Positions 22,095-24,000 of a DNA stretch of 24,000 nt are shown here, piece by piece; position 1 is the stretch's first letter; each line of letters begins with the position of its first letter. Under the pieces are notes generated by a model. It was not told the origin of the DNA. It saw only the letters and a program-made list of their open reading frames with translations, and searched no databases. Made by a program: the position numbers and the translations under genes. Source of the stretch: Coleofasciculus sp. (GTDB lineage: Bacteria; Cyanobacteriota; Cyanobacteriia; Cyanobacteriales; Coleofasciculaceae); NCBI GenBank assembly GCA_046539235.1, contig JBKHHI010000018.1, positions 6,561 to 30,560 of the forward strand, given 5' to 3'.

Positions 22095-23012
22095 ATGCTT
22101 ATTGGTATGGCCGAGGTATCCAGCCGCGAAATATTAATGAAATCTGTTTACCCTCAGTTACTGGATGGCAAAGCTCTGGCTCAACGCATTCAAGATCAGC
22201 TCAAAGCGGAAGTAGAACGGCTCAAATCCACTTATAGACGCCCACCTGGATTAGCGGTGCTAATGGTGGGCGACAATCCAGCTAGCGCCGCCTACGTGCG
22301 GAATAAAGAACGTGCCTGTGCCAAAGTTGGGATTGCCTCCTTTGGGCAACATTTTCCGGCTGATGTCTCTCAAGCCGAGGTTGAGCAAGCCATTCATCGC
22401 CTTAATCAAGACCCAAACGTCGATGGTATCCTCCTGCAACTTCCTTTACCTGAACATCTCAATGGCGTCTATTTACTCCACCAAATTGATCCTGATAAAG
22501 ATGTCGATGGACTGCATCCCCTAAATTTAGGGCGTCTGGTGCGAGGTGAAACGGGACTGCAAAGCTGCACCCCAGCCGGAGTCATGCGCCTGTTGCGGGA
22601 GTACCAGATTGATGTGAAAGGAAAACACGCGCTTGTCGTCGGACGGAGTATTTTGGTCGGCAAGCCAATGGCGCTAATGTTACTAGAAGCTGATGCTACC
22701 GTTACTATTGCCCATTTGCGTACCCAAAATTTGGCTGAACTGACTCGTCAAGCGGATATCTTGATTACTGCTGCCGGACGCCCTAATCTAATTACGGCGG
22801 ATCAGGTTAAACCGAATGCCATTGTGATTGATGTGGGTATAAATCGCGTCACCGATACTCAAGGAAAATCCCGTCTCGTGGGTGATGTGGATTTTGACGC
22901 CGTTCGGGACATGACCCAATTTATCACCCCGGTTCCTGGTGGTGTTGGACCGATGACGGTGACAATGTTATTGCAAAATACTGTTTTTAGCTATACCAGA
23001 ACTCACTCATAA
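22095..23012 (+). CDS. folD: Bifunctional 5,10-methylene-THF dehydrogenase / methenyl-THF cyclohydrolase FolD
   Basis: [54 protein letters not shown] and [10 protein letters not shown]. The start is ambiguous (ATG at 22095, 22107 or 22137). Confidence 0.93.
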   Translation: MLIGMAEVSSREILMKSVYPQLLDGKALAQRIQDQLKAEVERLKSTYRRPPGLAVLMVGDNPASAAYVRNKERACAKVGIASFGQHFPADVSQAEVEQAIHRLNQDPNVDGILLQLPLPEHLNGVYLLHQIDPDKDVDGLHPLNLGRLVRGETGLQSCTPAGVMRLLREYQIDVKGKHALVVGRSILVGKPMALMLLEADATVTIAHLRTQNLAELTRQADILITAAGRPNLITADQVKPNAIVIDVGINRVTDTQGKSRLVGDVDFDAVRDMTQFITPVPGGVGPMTVTMLLQNTVFSYTRTHS

Positions 23013-23070
23013 CGCCCCTAGGCTCGTAGAATTGTTAAGACAGTGAACAGACGATTTAAGGAATGATGGC

Positions 23071-24000
23071 ATGGTAGCAACAGATGGGCGACCTGCCCCC
23101 AATGGGGAATCCCCAGCCTTTGATTTATCAACCTATCTAAAAGAGCGCAAAGCTCAAGTGGAGGCGGCTTTAGACCATTCTTTGCCCCTAGGTTATCCAG
23201 AAAAGATTTATGAGGCAATGCGCTATTCCCTCTTAGCTGGGGGGAAACGGTTGCGTCCGATTCTCTGTCTGGCAACCTGTGAACTGATGGGTGGCACGAT
23301 TGAAATGGCAATGCCAACCGCCTGCGCGTTGGAAATGCTCCACACCATGTCGTTAATTCATGATGACCTTCCCGCCATGGATAACGACGACTACCGTCGG
23401 GGTAAACTCACCAATCATAAGGTCTACGGTGAGGATATGGCGATTCTCGCTGGTGATGGTTTGCTGGCTTATTCGTTTGAATATGTTGCCACCCAAACCC
23501 AGAAAGTTCCAGCCGAGCGAGTGTTGCGGGTGATTGCTCGTTTAGGTCGAACCGTGGGCGCGGCTGGATTGGTTGGGGGTCAGGTGGTTGACTTGGAATC
23601 TGAGGGAAAATCTGATATTCAAGAGGAAACCCTCCATTACATTCACACCCATAAAACTGGAGCGTTGCTGGAAACTTGTGTCGTTTGTGGTGGAATTTTG
23701 GCAGGTGCAACCGATGCGGATATAGAACGCCTGTCTCGCTATGCTCAAAATATTGGCTTAGCGTTTCAAATTATCGATGATATCCTGGACATCACCGCAA
23801 CTCAGGAGGAATTAGGCAAAACGGCGGGGAAAGACCTGCAAGCGCAGAAAGCAACCTATCCTAGCCTCTGGGGACTAGAAGTTTCTAAAGCTAAAGCTCA
23901 AGAGCTGATTGAAGATGCCAAAGGTCAACTAGAACCGTTTGGTGAGCACTCTCAACCCTTAATTGCTCTGGCTGATTTCATTACCGCACGGACGCATTAG
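23071..24000 (+). CDS. crtE: Geranylgeranyl diphosphate synthase (type II polyprenyl synthetase)
   Basis: 309-aa ORF. First Asp-rich motif [17 protein letters not shown] and second Asp-rich motif [14 protein letters not shown] lies upstream of the ATG. The TAG stop is at 23998-24000. Confidence 0.9.
   Translation: MVATDGRPAPNGESPAFDLSTYLKERKAQVEAALDHSLPLGYPEKIYEAMRYSLLAGGKRLRPILCLATCELMGGTIEMAMPTACALEMLHTMSLIHDDLPAMDNDDYRRGKLTNHKVYGEDMAILAGDGLLAYSFEYVATQTQKVPAERVLRVIARLGRTVGAAGLVGGQVVDLESEGKSDIQEETLHYIHTHKTGALLETCVVCGGILAGATDADIERLSRYAQNIGLAFQIIDDILDITATQEELGKTAGKDLQAQKATYPSLWGLEVSKAKAQELIEDAKGQLEPFGEHSQPLIALADFITARTH

Noticed and set aside
21980-22237. 85-aa ORF overlapping the folD 5' region, and the hypothesis of a THF riboswitch upstream of folD.
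   Set aside because: The ORF is out of frame with folD and arginine/serine-rich. I could not recognise THF-riboswitch conserved cores, so only a generic structured element is reported.
22312-23748. Track ORFs 22312..22524(+), 22469..22663(-), 23018..23317(-), 23408..23710(-) and 23542..23748(-).
   Set aside because: Shadows of folD and crtE.
1-24000. Search by eye for tRNA, rRNA, tmRNA, RNase P RNA and transposase or integrase genes.
   Set aside because: No T-loop (GGTTCGAATCC-like) contexts, rRNA-conserved blocks or transposase-like ORFs were recognised. The absence is based on manual reading only and should be confirmed with tRNAscan/Infernal/ISfinder-type tools.

Overview
This window looks like chromosomal DNA from a filamentous-type cyanobacterium. 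By manual count it holds about 19 copies of the HIP1 octamer GCGATCGC, several STRR-like heptamer tracts (TGACAAA/TGACGAA/TGACCAA, GGGAACA), and many small dispersed palindromes and MITE-like elements. All protein identities come from motifs read in the translations; no database search was possible. Left part (1-6.9 kb): two Uma2-family nucleases, a Tex-like S1-domain protein, a 505-aa pentapeptide-repeat protein, a decayed gene remnant and a membrane protein. Centre (about 6.9-18.1 kb): an arsenic island. In order it contains arsM; a junkyard of MITEs and gene fragments; arsR; an orphan PstS-family lipoprotein; acr3; two tandem Synechocystis-type arsC genes; more MITE debris; a MerR-family regulator fused to a CxxC thioredoxin-fold domain on a classic long-spacer MerR promoter; an ArsP-type permease pseudogene (frameshifted and 3'-truncated); an orphan 4-repeat CRISPR mini-array with no cas genes in the window; a conserved hypothetical secreted protein; an 830-bp AT-rich gap; and the radical-SAM arsenosugar gene arsS. 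Right part: a ROK sugar kinase, a secreted hypothetical protein, a tightly coupled lipoprotein-NUDIX-DppC-like permease operon, folD and crtE. The most interesting items are: (1) the MerR-Trx fusion, which has an Hg-MerR-like cysteine triad and may be a non-ArsR arsenic sensor; (2) the cas-less CRISPR array abutting the truncated arsP; (3) the motif (A/T)TCAA-N6-TTGAT, found three times at ars promoters; (4) three ordered sequence blocks shared upstream of the separated arsM and arsS genes; and (5) the PstS-like binding protein embedded in the ars operon.
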